Source of the DNA: Hyphochytrium catenoides
Lineage: Eukaryota > Protista > Hyphochytriomycota
Assembly (NCBI GenBank): GCA_900088475.1
Contig: FLMG01000211.1
Span: 1 to 64,000 of the forward strand
Direction of reading: 5' to 3'
Length of the DNA: 64,000 bases
This document shows, one piece after another, positions 11,176 to 22,836 of this stretch. Below the pieces are notes generated by a model. That model searched no databases and was not told where the DNA came from. It saw only the letters and a program-made list of their open reading frames with translations. Both the position numbers and the translations under genes were made by a program. Every line of letters begins with the position of its first letter. The first letter of the stretch is position 1.

Positions 11176-13216
11176 TTACTTGCCCTTTGAACTTCCGTAC
11201 CATGGATGAATCATCCCTGTGGGAAGTGCCGTAACGGGCTCTTTGAGGTCTACGGCCATTGTTAGCCTGATCATTCTCAAGGACATCTGCTCTTCTTTGC
11301 AAAAGAGCTGAGAAAGGAGGAATTCTAAGGCCGCCCAGAAAGCGAGAAGAACGCTTACTAGGACCCTCACCGAGTGATGGAGAGGTAGAGAAGGGATTGA
11401 AAGAAAGGAAGAGATAGCTGTCAGGCACAGAGCAAGCCACATCCTGCTTTGGTGCTTCCTTCTCCTTTTGATGGAGTCTTGTAGACCCCATTCAATCGTG
11501 CCTGCAGAGTCGGCTAGCAAGACCTTTTGATCCGCAGAAAACGCGACTGGCCCACTGTCTCTATCTACTACGATGGGTTCCTCTATCTGACGAAGTGACA
11601 CTGCCCCATCTTCCTCCTCCCGAGATGCCGTTATGTTCACGGTCATTCCGTCATTCTCTATCTCTAGCTCACAGACCACTGCGTAGTGATCTGACATCAG
11701 CACGTGTCGACCGTAGCCATTCTTGCCTATAGGCTCCATGCAGGCGCGATCACAATACGTCAGCCTCCACCTTGACGGTGGTGAGGTTCTCTCTTCGTTG
11801 TCGTTGTCCCCACTTAGTAGCTCCCAGTTATTGGTTCTTCTTCTTCCCTTCTGTCTAAGCAATCTGAGGAAGATATAGTCCAGCCTTTGAGGCACTTCGC
11901 CGGGGGGGCTGTAAGGGTTGGATGGCTCCGCAAACGTAGGATATTCTCTTTCCCTCCCATGAACAAGGGCAAAGGCATCGTTGAGGCCCCCAAGGGCAGA
12001 GAGAAGGCGATGAGGGAGAGACGAAGGAGCTGAGTTGAGATCCGTCAGAAGCAAAGCAATTGGACTTCTCTGTGTCATTCGGATCCATCGAGCGCACTCA
12101 TATGCCTGTGCAACTCGATGAGCATGGTACTCATCCTTCTCCACCCTGTCCACATACATGGAGACAAAGTGAGATATATAGACATCAACGGGGCCATGTG
12201 CGGGTGTCTGCAAGCGGGCGAACCCACAGCCTTTGCCGCAGAAATGATCAAAGTGCTGCAGCTTGTGAGGCTTCCCGTTGACTGAGAACCTCCAAAAGCC
12301 GACCTCCTGGATGGGAAAGCGTGAGAGAAGAAGAAGACCCGAAGAGTCCGAAAAAGGTGGGGAGGCGCCCTGCATAAAATACTGCCAGTAAACAAGGCCG
12401 CCCTTGGCTGCCGCAGTTATGAGAAGATGCCGGTCGGAGGGCATGAAGGCCTCTGCAAGGTAACGCGAAAGCGATGAGAGCGATCGCAAGGGATAATAAG
12501 CATGAGAGTGAGAGTAGACAGAGGAGAATGAGGGGCGGTTAGAGGTAATCCTGGCATATAAAAAGAGAGAGAGATGAATGTATACATATATAGCGTACCG
12601 TACAGGTAGAGGAAAGTGTAGAGAAGAGTCAGGGCAGGAGGATTTTGAAGGGGAGACAGAGGCCGCACGTAAGAATATTCAACAGAGAAGGGCAAACAAT
12701 CTAGAGAGGGACCTAAACTGAGAGAAGAAGATGACAAGATGTAAGGTACGATCAAGCAGCATAAACAAGAGAGAGCCGATAGAGTGACGCTATAGTCAGC
12801 AGACGGGCAAACGGCGGGGTCACTGCCGATCAGGCAACAGGTTGAAAGACTGATGAGGAAGTGGATACAAAAGACGCGGATCCACAAGCAAAGACCGACA
12901 AGAGACATAGGTCTCTGCCTGTCAAGGAGGGGATATGTTATAGGGTTGTCTTCATAAACGCTTTGTAAGATGCTGAGAGACAGAAAGGCTTCTTACCTTG
13001 GATGCCCACGATATCTAACTTCATCCCACTGTCTCTCCGTCCCTCTTTCTCAAGCGGAGAAGCGACCAGTGCAGCCTCCTCTTCATCGTTGGCGGCGAGG
13101 AACTCAGCAATAGCCTTGATTCTCCTCTTCCTGTCCCTCGCCACCGGCATGTCCCAGATGTTCCAGGTCATGGCCCGAAGGGCAGATGGTGGCTTGGCCC
13201 GTCTCGAAAGCGTCAT
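11176..13216 (-). CDS. Neutral sphingomyelinase / inositol phosphosphingolipid phospholipase C (SMPD2/Isc1 family, EEP fold), 2 exons
   Basis: Motifs MTWNIW, GIQE (split by intron 12453-12996), SGLLLLSRFPI, GKG, ISHF, TDLN, RLDYIF and SDH, followed by two C-terminal TM helices. Confidence 0.9.
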
Positions 13217-14179
13217 GGTCAAGGTTGATCCCCTGTGCTCTTCCCAGCATAGAGCGCTAGGGGTATCTTTCCTTGTACGCTTGACCGAGAGCTCAAGAGT
13301 TGCCTCCCTATCCAGAAGGAGATTCTCAGCTGCTTGTGTCTTGAGGTGAGCAAGAGGGTGGGCTCATGAGCACAGCACAAAGAAAGGAAGGAGTATGATT
13401 GCAAAGAAGCGCCATAATAACAGCAGTAGGATTGGCCGTGCTGAGAGGAGAGAGAGAGAGAGAAGAGCCAAAGACAGCAGGTACAGACATCGCGAGAGAA
13501 GAGAGAGAGAAGAGACAAAGGAGAGAGAAGAGAGAGAGAGACAGACAGAGGGTGATTAGAGCCTGACATCCTTGTACAAAATAACCCAAGAGAAACGCCC
13601 CAATAACCCCTCGAGGTTGGTCACCACATCTCCTATCATTGTCGCTTTCATGGTGGGTACATTAACTCTACCACTAACGACATTAGGTGGTACTACTGAC
13701 CACGACTCATGGACGTAGCTGATATATTCTTACATTCAGCAGCTCTAGCCTGTCTAGAGATAGTCGTAATTGATGGTTATATGAATATTCTATGAAGAGA
13801 TGGAAGACTCTAGCAGGCTATAGAAGAGCACTCGAGAGATGAAGACGACGGCGATCACTTAGTCGATTATTGCGGAGGTCACCCGCCTCATAAGATGTAG
13901 ATGGTGGACGGAGTACTCGTAGGAGCTGGAGTAGAGCTTCTCTAGGCTAAGTTGAGAGATCAACGACTGTCGATACCCCTCTTTCGAGGCTGAAAGAAGC
14001 CGGAGTGCACTTGAGCTGAGATGGTAGAAACTGTAAGGCACATGTAGAGCAGGGTAAGGGCTTCAGGATGCAGGCCTAGGTGGTGAACGTAGTGCCGAAG
14101 CACAGAAAGACAAAAACTGATATTGTTGGCTTAAGAGCTTCTATTGTTCAGCGGGTGTCCCTAACGTAGCGTATAGGAA

Positions 14180-16189
14180 TTAATCTAAGTTTCTGGTGGT
14201 GTCTGACATATTACGTTCGCTCTCAAATCTTCGGCCATCCTCCGACGAGTGACCATAAATATGAAGTGGCACGCCTGTGGCGCGTAGCCTCATTCTACAA
14301 ACAAGGGGTTACGATTAGATAGGAGATGCATAGATTCCAAAGACATATCTAGACAAGACAGAGAGAACGAGCGGAACAAAAAAAGATCTGATAAACTCGC
14401 CCTACCTTCTCTCTCAGCATCCTCCTCTTCTTCGTCGCTTGGGCCATAGGAGTCCATAAGAAGGGCTGCCGTGGTGATAGTTTGCTTTTTAAACTCTAAC
14501 AGTACTGGATAGATGTTCTCAAAGGCACGATAGATCTGCTCACGGTTCTGAAGAGACCAGGGAAGCGGTGGTTCATAGGTAAGGCTGTGAGGTAGAGGGC
14601 AAGGTACGCTAAAAGATGGACGGCAAGAACAGATGGACGAGAAACCCAAGGGTATTGTGCGGGCTTTGTAGTCCTTGACGAGAGAGAAAAGAAAATGACA
14701 ACTCCAATGGAAAAAAATTGAAGCATGAGGTTAGGCATTGGATGTTGGCGAACAAAGCATCGCCGCTTCAGAGGTATCACTACGACTCCAAAGGCTTCTG
14801 GTTCTTTGGAGGACTCACCTTTCCCCCAGTGAGAACCATCTTCCCTGACACAAAGATCAGAAGAACAATCTTGGGGTCGACCATACGATATATCAGGCCG
14901 GGAAAGAGCTCGGGCTCGTACTGCGCAAGTGACAAGGAGCACAGTAAACGGGCTTATAAGCAATAGGCTCGCGGGAGGTTGGTAGACGGCAGACTAAGCT
15001 TATTAGGATGGCAGAGCAGCAGTGTTCTTACAGTATAATGAGCAATCGCAGAAGAGCAACTAAGGCTCGAGGATTAGCGAAGGGCAAGACGACTGACCCA
15101 ATCGTTACTTACACTGGAGAATCTTCCGTGTGCCAGCACGAGTCCCTCTAGCCGAATCGGGAATCGGACATCGCAAGAGCCAACCATATTCTGCACCTTG
15201 AATTCGGAGAATGTAGCTGGAAAATTTAACTTCTGCACATGCAGAAGAGCTTCTCAGATTTTGAAAGACAGAGGAAAAGCTACTCATCAGCTAATGAAAG
15301 TGCAAGAGGCGGAAGGCGCCTTATGCCAACATTTGTAACCAACGAAAACGTCTACTTATGATAAACAAGTGAAAATAGACACGTAAGAGGCAGACTGTCA
15401 CGAACATTGGTGTCATTGTTGAGGACCATGAAGTAGGACAACATCTTAATGCAGGCGATGGGTTAATAACAGTTTTTCTCTTACCTGGATGATGGCAGTG
15501 AACTTTCTAGCACTATATTTGGCATCTCCCTCACTTCTGGCTCCAGTGATGACCAGCTATAACAAGGACCGGGCCATTGGGAAGAGGTCACGGCCAAGCA
15601 CCGTCAGGATTTCGAACGTGGGTATGTCAAGGCCGACCGAAGCATACACTCTGATCAGCTGAGGACACCTTAATGACAAAATACCAGGAGCGGTGTGACC
15701 TACCTTTCCGGACGAGAAGATTAAGGCGGTAGATTTCGGGTCTCTGATCCTCATGATCACTGCTGCAAACCGCTGTTGAGAATTAGCGTTAGCTTACAGG
15801 CATCAAAATAGAAGCCGTAAGCAGAGGGACACGCTTCAAGGCGACTGAATACCGTTGCAAAGGGCCTGGTCACCTTACACAGCTCGGCGTGCGTACCTTA
15901 GGGTTGTACTCAGCGTTTCTAGCATGCAAAGCAATGGTTCGCAGGTCCAACTTACATCCTAGGTTGGCCGTTGCCACAATATTCCTGGGTAAGTATGGAC
16001 AAATGTGTCACTTCTCATTCTGGCAAGACCAAAGCTGACGATGTCTTACTGCAGTTTGATCACCACTCCAGATTTGTGTGACCAGTTGTCGATCACGAGG
16101 GAGGCAGAGGGTGATGCCGAAGGTGCGGTCGGGACAGTAGTTACCGCAGCCGAGGCGGTACTCTCACTTCTTGGCCTCTTCCCCGCCAT
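14180..16189 (-). CDS. TBP: TATA-box binding protein with a C-terminal extension, about 8 exons
   Basis: Spliced core [119 protein letters not shown]. All four DNA-intercalating Phe are present. The last exon is less certain. Confidence 0.95.
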
Positions 16190-17512
16190 CACGCACTAAG
16201 GCGAGAGTTAACGTCTCTCGCTACTAGAATGCACCAAGCATTTGAAGCATTATTCCATTGGGAAGGTTCTCCAGCCTGCGTCCCTTGAGCCGGACCTTCC
16301 AGAGGACTAGAGTTGGCTTTATACCTTCCAAACGAAGCCAAAGAACCTCTACGCAGGATCTCCACTAAATGGCCAGCCGCCGACAGTCTGTAGCACTAAA
16401 CTTCAACGAACTCCTCCTGATGGAATTGATACGCACTTCTGTCGAGCAATTGAGTGCAATCTCCCTTCTCTCTCGTGGCAGACCTAGCAGAGACTGGAAG
16501 CTCTTCTGCTCGTACCTCGAGTGCACTCCACCAGCATCAAGCCAAGTCTTTGAATTGAATGCGAACCTCCATTATCCATCATCATCGTGTTGCTCAGCTA
16601 CTATTTTCATCAGAGAGCTGATGAAAAAGAACCAATGTATATAACTATTTTTGTCAGTAATCACAGATGTATCGGAGAAAATACTATTCAAAGATTAATC
16701 TCGGCGAGCTTGACGGTCCGTTACTGGGTGTACAGCTGTACAACTCACAGGAAAGAAGCTGGCTTCCCCATCAAGCTGCGAACCAGACAAAGAAGATCTT
16801 GCCTTCCTCTGTCTGCCTGCCTTTGGGTTTCCTTAGGAGTCGTAGCAGGATGATGGGACTGGAGGCATGGCAGCACGAAGCTCATCAGTCGTAAGTCGTT
16901 AGATTCCTAATAGAAGATCGTCTCTCATCGAACACCATCTCCTCTCGTCTCTACTCTCCTCCCACCGCTCAACCCGTCCTTTGAGGATGGGAGAACTTCC
17001 AGATCCACCATTTGGCTTGGAACTATTGGGAGTGGCCCGAGCAGCTCACAGAATGCGGCGTATGTACTGAAGAGGAGAAGCTGCTTCCTGTCAAAGTATC
17101 TCTATGAGCTATCCAGGACCGCTGCTGCCTTTCTGCCAGGTTATCCTCGACGTGTGAACCTCTCAGACCTCATTATATATACTAGTCATTGGCCCAGGTA
17201 TTGCTCTGTCATTCTGTCCTTCGGGCAATGCTATCGGAGGGCTATCAGATGCATCGCTATTGGAGAGCTATCAGACAGTCTTTGCTTCTCTTTCCTGTCC
17301 ATCGAATGGCTTAGCGACCAATCAGTCCTAGGTAATATATTCACTAAGAACTATAGTACACCCGACTTTGACCCCGACATTTTAAAGGCAGTCATTCATG
17401 TGGACTGCATTAGTTGCAAGCGTGTTAGAGCTCTCCTACTGCTAAACAGCCTGAGCACTAAGCTCTTAAAAAGATTAAGTTGCGGGACTGTCTCCTTTGC
17501 ATCTATATGCTA

Positions 17513-19633
17513 CTAGTCGGAGCTGAAGCTCGACAGAATGCTCAGGGCAGTGGACATCCGATCAATACTATCATTCAACGCCTTCCTCTCGTGAGCACAG
17601 CTCTCGTAGAGCACGAACTCCTCGTTGAGTAGTGAAGAAGATGGATCAGCAGCATGCGGATCAAAGGCCTCAATAAGCTTCACAGCCACCTCTATGGGGT
17701 CAAAGATGAGTTCCAACAAAGGACAAAGCATCAAACGGATTAAGCTGCGCTCAAGAACGGAAGAGAAGGAGGCATGTTCCTGTGAGGGGGCCTTTCTGAA
17801 GCTCTCGCAGACAAAGAGAGAAGAGACAGCTGCATGGATACGTGGAGATGTCTCACGGATAAGCAGATCAATGTCACTTCCCACTGCGGCTCGTACGAAA
17901 CCGCTCAGGTTGACAAATCGATTGTGCTTGATCTGGCCCTTCCCAATCGAAGCACTCGTATCCTCAGAAGCAATAGCCAGCTTTACGTGCTCAGTGAGGA
18001 CACTGACGACTGTGCGAGCTAGGGTCGGCAAGGACCTTGACAGGACAGACAGAAACCTGTTGATTCTCATAGACTGCTGAAAAACGGGAGCGTCGTCATT
18101 GGCTGTATGCGATAGGGACGAGAGTCCCTCCTGTTTCATTGTCCTACCAACGTACTCTCTGACAATTTTCTGGACCTCTCTCTCACAGCTGCCGAAGTCA
18201 AATCTACCCGAGACTGCATGCAGGAGCTTTGATAAATGTGGGAGGCCTTCCGACAATATAGTCTGTTCTTCAACAGCCTCCTTGTCTTGGTCAGCAATGT
18301 CACTTGGTCCTTGGGTACCGTTGACCAAAAGCCAGCCCTGTGGACGGTTGTTGAGCAAGGCGGACATCCCTGACCCTATAAGCTCAACACCCCGGTCAGA
18401 TCTAGTGTCATTGCTGCGCCATCCTCCGGAAGCTCCATTGCTTTTACTGAATCTACCAGGTCGGCCAGCGTGATGCAGGTGAGAAGTCCGGAAGCTGTTG
18501 AGCTCTGCAAGTATCTCAGCTGGGGTAGGTGAACCCAAAGCTAGCCATTGCTTCTGCTTCGCCATTTGCTCGTCCTGAATCTTTTGCATGGTTGCAGGGA
18601 TCCATTCGAACTGAATATGTCTGACAAGGATGCTCTCCAGCTTGCGTATCAGTGCATCATTACCTGCCAGACCGGCCTCCCTATACCCGGGCAAATGCTG
18701 GTCAAACCATTGAAGCTCCTCCGTTCTTGCTTGTACGAGGGTGGTTGGAGGCCTGGTTCTAGTGTCTCTATTTCTTACTGCGACGTAGCCTTCCTTGAGA
18801 AAAACCACGTCCCCGGATTTCCTGTCTAGGCGGTCTCTGAGCTCTGCATAAGGGCCCTTTGGGTTGGATGGATCCATAGCCCGGTCTGCCATCGTAAGAA
18901 CTCCAATAGTCTTGTCTGTGAGCTTGTGAGTCTGCAATAATTGGAAGGCTTGAGAGTTCCGCACGCGTTCAGCCGCGGGAACAGCCGCCAGAACGAGCGT
19001 GTGCGGCATACGCATGTACTTTTCAACCAGTGCACGACTCTGAAACATCATGTCATCCGGCTCACCATCCAGTTTACCCGCTACAATGCCAGGGAGATCG
19101 ACTAGGTCGAGATCTGGCACATGAGGAGAGGTAACCTCCATCACAAGAATGTGTTGGGAGAGGCCCTTCGTCTGTCCATCAGTGCGGTCACTCTTGACAA
19201 TTCCGTCCATCCATTCCTGCATCATCGCTGCTGCATGGTCTCCGCTAAAGAAGTCACTCACCAATGGAGGCCGACCGTCGCTGTACTTCAGCTGCATCCT
19301 CACATTCCGCTCAGGCGTCGTTCTGTTGTCATCGCACCATTTCTCCAGCTCCTTACCTTTCTTATGACGGAGACAGAGGTGAATTGCCATGCGCGTGCAG
19401 ATATTCTCATCTCGAGGAAAGAAAGGCATCATGGCGATACTCTCTAGCACGCTTGACTTGCCGCTACTTTCTTGCCCAACAACGATAATTTGGGGCAACG
19501 TGTGATCCATATCTCTGAGAACGTCACTGACAGTATCTGCTACATGCAGGAACTTCCCAAGCACACCATTGAGGAGCACATCCGTGAGAGCGGCATTCGT
19601 TGACGTTGTGGAGACAGAGCTTAGTAGCTTCAT
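17513..19633 (-). CDS. Dynamin-superfamily (Mx-like) GTPase, intronless CDS, 706 aa
   Basis: G1 IIVVGQESSGKSSVLE, G2 FPRDENICTR, G3 LVDLPG, a variant G4 VLTMAD and GYVAVRNR, plus a C-terminal GED-like helix (ERKALNDSIDRMSTALSIL). A probable 5'UTR intron spans 19649-19729 (GTAAGT..TTTAG). Confidence 0.92.
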   Translation of the reverse strand: MKLLSSVSTTSTNAALTDVLLNGVLGKFLHVADTVSDVLRDMDHTLPQIIVVGQESSGKSSVLESIAMMPFFPRDENICTRMAIHLCLRHKKGKELEKWCDDNRTTPERNVRMQLKYSDGRPPLVSDFFSGDHAAAMMQEWMDGIVKSDRTDGQTKGLSQHILVMEVTSPHVPDLDLVDLPGIVAGKLDGEPDDMMFQSRALVEKYMRMPHTLVLAAVPAAERVRNSQAFQLLQTHKLTDKTIGVLTMADRAMDPSNPKGPYAELRDRLDRKSGDVVFLKEGYVAVRNRDTRTRPPTTLVQARTEELQWFDQHLPGYREAGLAGNDALIRKLESILVRHIQFEWIPATMQKIQDEQMAKQKQWLALGSPTPAEILAELNSFRTSHLHHAGRPGRFSKSNGASGGWRSNDTRSDRGVELIGSGMSALLNNRPQGWLLVNGTQGPSDIADQDKEAVEEQTILSEGLPHLSKLLHAVSGRFDFGSCEREVQKIVREYVGRTMKQEGLSSLSHTANDDAPVFQQSMRINRFLSVLSRSLPTLARTVVSVLTEHVKLAIASEDTSASIGKGQIKHNRFVNLSGFVRAAVGSDIDLLIRETSPRIHAAVSSLFVCESFRKAPSQEHASFSSVLERSLIRLMLCPLLELIFDPIEVAVKLIEAFDPHAADPSSSLLNEEFVLYESCAHERKALNDSIDRMSTALSILSSFSSD

Positions 19634-20549
19634 CCTTGATAACCCTTTCTAAAGTCGAGCAGGATGTCTGCTCCTTATTGGTTGGTGGCGAACCGTTTGG
19701 TCACCTGTGAGCTCTTGCAATACACTTACCAAATGCAGCGCCGCAAAGACCGATTCAGAGACGTGGGTTGTAAGAGTACAAGGAAGACTGCCAATGGCAA
19801 ACTGAGTCACTGACGACGGCAGCGGGTGGTGCTGCAGCAGGCGGGATATACGACCAAATGAGAGGAGCTTATACAACTAGTAGAAGGCAAGGTAAGGTTA
19901 TCAAATATATCATCCATAGTAGTGTTCACATTCTAAAGCAGCGAAGAAGGAGGAGGAACGACCGTCTTCGTCCTCGCTGCACCTCGATCTTTGAGACGAT
20001 GGGCTTCAAGAGACATGGCTGGCTCCGTCGTGCTATTTTGGTAGAAGAAGAATCAAGGCTGATAAGAGTTGAGATGGGACCCTGGACAGTAGTGGAACTG
20101 CACTTCTCCTCCTAGAGGAGGCAGAGCCCTTTGTCTAACTGCAGCCCACCAGTGATTAGGGACCGGAGCGTGGGAGAGATGATGAACACTAATGACAAAC
20201 CGTATGGACCTTTCTTGTCACGCGCGAAATTACTTAATCCTTCCATCCAGAAGACGTAGAAGACAACAGTCCCCTTCAACCTTTCCTTCCTCCCGATGGT
20301 GAATAAGAAGACATGGACAAACTCTCTCCTCTCTTACATGTGGCCACTTGGCATCGGAAGGAGGACCTCCTTCTTGATCTATTTAACAAGTAGTCCTTGG
20401 TGATGGTTTGTTGTTCCATTTCTATTATTGTTGGAGACAGCAACCAGGAGTGGCAGCAGCAGCGCCTTGCGGGCATTGGATGCTAATTATAGACGAAAGA
20501 AGGATAAAGGAGAGAAGAGGAGAGGAGATGATTTGCCTTTCTTGGTTCG

Positions 20550-22010
20550 TTGGCCCTCATCAATTTGGCCCAGTGGCGGCTGAAACTCTCCATATCCTCT
20601 TCTTCTTCTATGATGGTGATAATGGTGGTGCTCTTCCCTGAGGCTCGTTGCTCGTCGTCCGAGGAGTATGACTATAGCAGCTACTTAGAAACAGCTTGGA
20701 AGAAAAGGATTTCAAAGGGCGGTACTAGCTTATTAGTGCCCGGAGTAGACAATGACGGAGAACATGATGGTGCCCTGCCTGGGATAGAGACAAGCCTCCC
20801 ATCACTCTCGAAGGCCACCAACAAGGCGGCAGTCAACGATGATGATAAGAGGAGCCATCATGATTAGACCAAAGATGATGGGAGGGGGCTGAAGGTACGG
20901 TAGGGAGCTTTTTACCGCTCCATCTCCTGCGACACATCGTCGACTAAACCTCATGCAGCAGCGGGATGAGGAGGTGGGTGACGGACATTTTGCTTACTCT
21001 TTATTAGCAGCACTACCAGCACCAGCAACCACCAATATTATAATAACATCATCACCGTCCTGCGCAGCCTTCTCTTCCTGCATCCTCCTTCTTCCCCTCT
21101 TCCTGTTATGATGCCTGGTCTTCTTGAGGTACTCGTAGTAATAAGGGACAATCAATGTAGCAGACCTTTCAGAAGGAGAGCTAGGGCTACCCGGCCATCT
21201 TCCTCTCCGCCAAGAAGAAGCCAACAAGAAGGATATACTTCTTCTTTCAGAGCCTCTTGTTATTAGCTCCTTTGCTCACTGAATGATGGTAGTGGTGGGT
21301 AACGGATGGATCTATCAGGGGCTGTAACGGATGAACTCCTCTGCTCTTCGTTCATCATGTGGCGGTGGATAGGGCACCCCCGTCTCCCTTTTCCCCAGAG
21401 GAAAGAGATGGATGGTCAAGCTAGTTCCTACTTGGGCCCCTGAAGCCTGTTTGAGGCAAGGGCAGGGTCCATGAGTAGTGAAGACTGCCCTACATCATGA
21501 TGTAGGAACGGGCGTACCCGTATTATTCAGGGTATCTTCTTCCTTGGAGTATGGTGAATGAGGAACACTGCAATCTTCCTCGGGTCTCCTCGTCATCGAA
21601 ATCATCTTGTTGCAGGCAAACAGGAGAACTTCATGATGATGTCAAGGAGCTAGCCAAAAGAAGTACTCATCCGCTATCAAACCCCAGCAGCCTGTGAAGA
21701 ACGAGGCGAGGAAGCTAAGTGCTGGTAGGAGACGGTATAATGATGATGATGATAGAGGTTGATGCTATATGGAAATTCTCCTCCTCCTCAGTCAAAGCAT
21801 TGGCAAGACGGAGGAGAAGGACGTAGCCCCAAATCTTAAGCGAGAGGAAGTAGCCGAGAAGAGGACAGCATAGGGCTTCTAGCTCTTCAAAGCCGGGGTG
21901 TAGCCAAAGAGCTAAATCGCAAGTAGCGGGCGGCTTGTTGTTGTTGATGAGTCTTCGGCGGACGACCAAAGAGACGATGGCAAAGATCCAATGCTGCTAT
22001 CGATGAGCTT
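20550..22010. pseudogene. Probable decayed coding fragments (a signal-peptide-like ORF on +, hydrophobic fragments on -)
   Basis: The short ORF 20550-20867 contains MMVIMVVLFPEARCSS and an acidic body. Minus-strand fragments carry TM-like runs broken by stops. No recognisable domain. Confidence 0.3.
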
Positions 22011-22836
22011 CAGCCAAGCACCAGGTCAGGTCACCACCACCACCGGGACTGACAAGGTGGCTTGCTGATGATGTGAAGAGAGACAAAAGTAGAGTACCTC
22101 GGAGTCTCCTGGTGCATTCTCACCACGTAGTATCATATCACTGGGTCATTCGCTTTCTTAGGTTAGTGGTGCGGAGGCTTACATCCTCTGCTGCCCGTCG
22201 TCTCCCGAGAGAGTTGGACCTCCCACAATCCATACCAAGAAAGCGTTCCGTTCCTTCCTTCCCTTCCAACCCTACTTCTTTCTATTCAAATCCTCCACGG
22301 CAAATCCTATTGCCATCATCATCAACGACCGACTAAAGTTTCACCAGACTTCATTAATATTTGCACCTGCATTGCTGTCTGTCAATCTCTCTTGGACCCC
22401 ACACCGACTATTGCAGCTAACTTCAACCTAAAGAAGAGCGATTAGAAGAAGCAGGCTTCTATCTGTGCATCGGGAAAGAGTAAAGACTTGGCCGTCTTCT
22501 CTCTCCTCTTATGATACGGATTCCTCTTGATGATACGGATACTGAAGACAGGGCAGTGGGTAAGGACGTGTTCGAGAAGTTGTTAGAGAAAAGCAAGGAA
22601 GAAGAGGATGGAATCAAGACAGCTTCTTTGCGCGCCATCCTTTGGGTTCCATAAGATCACCGCCGAATAGGATGTAGATCTCCTCCCAGGCTTAGGGAAG
22701 GCTTCTTCTGCCACCTTTGGGTCCGACCGAAGGCGTCAGTTCAGGAAGAGGTCCAGGGCTAGAACAACCGTCCGCTCGTCGCTGTAGTTGATCCATAATT
22801 CTTCTCCCGTATATGATGGCGGATGAAGGGGAAACC

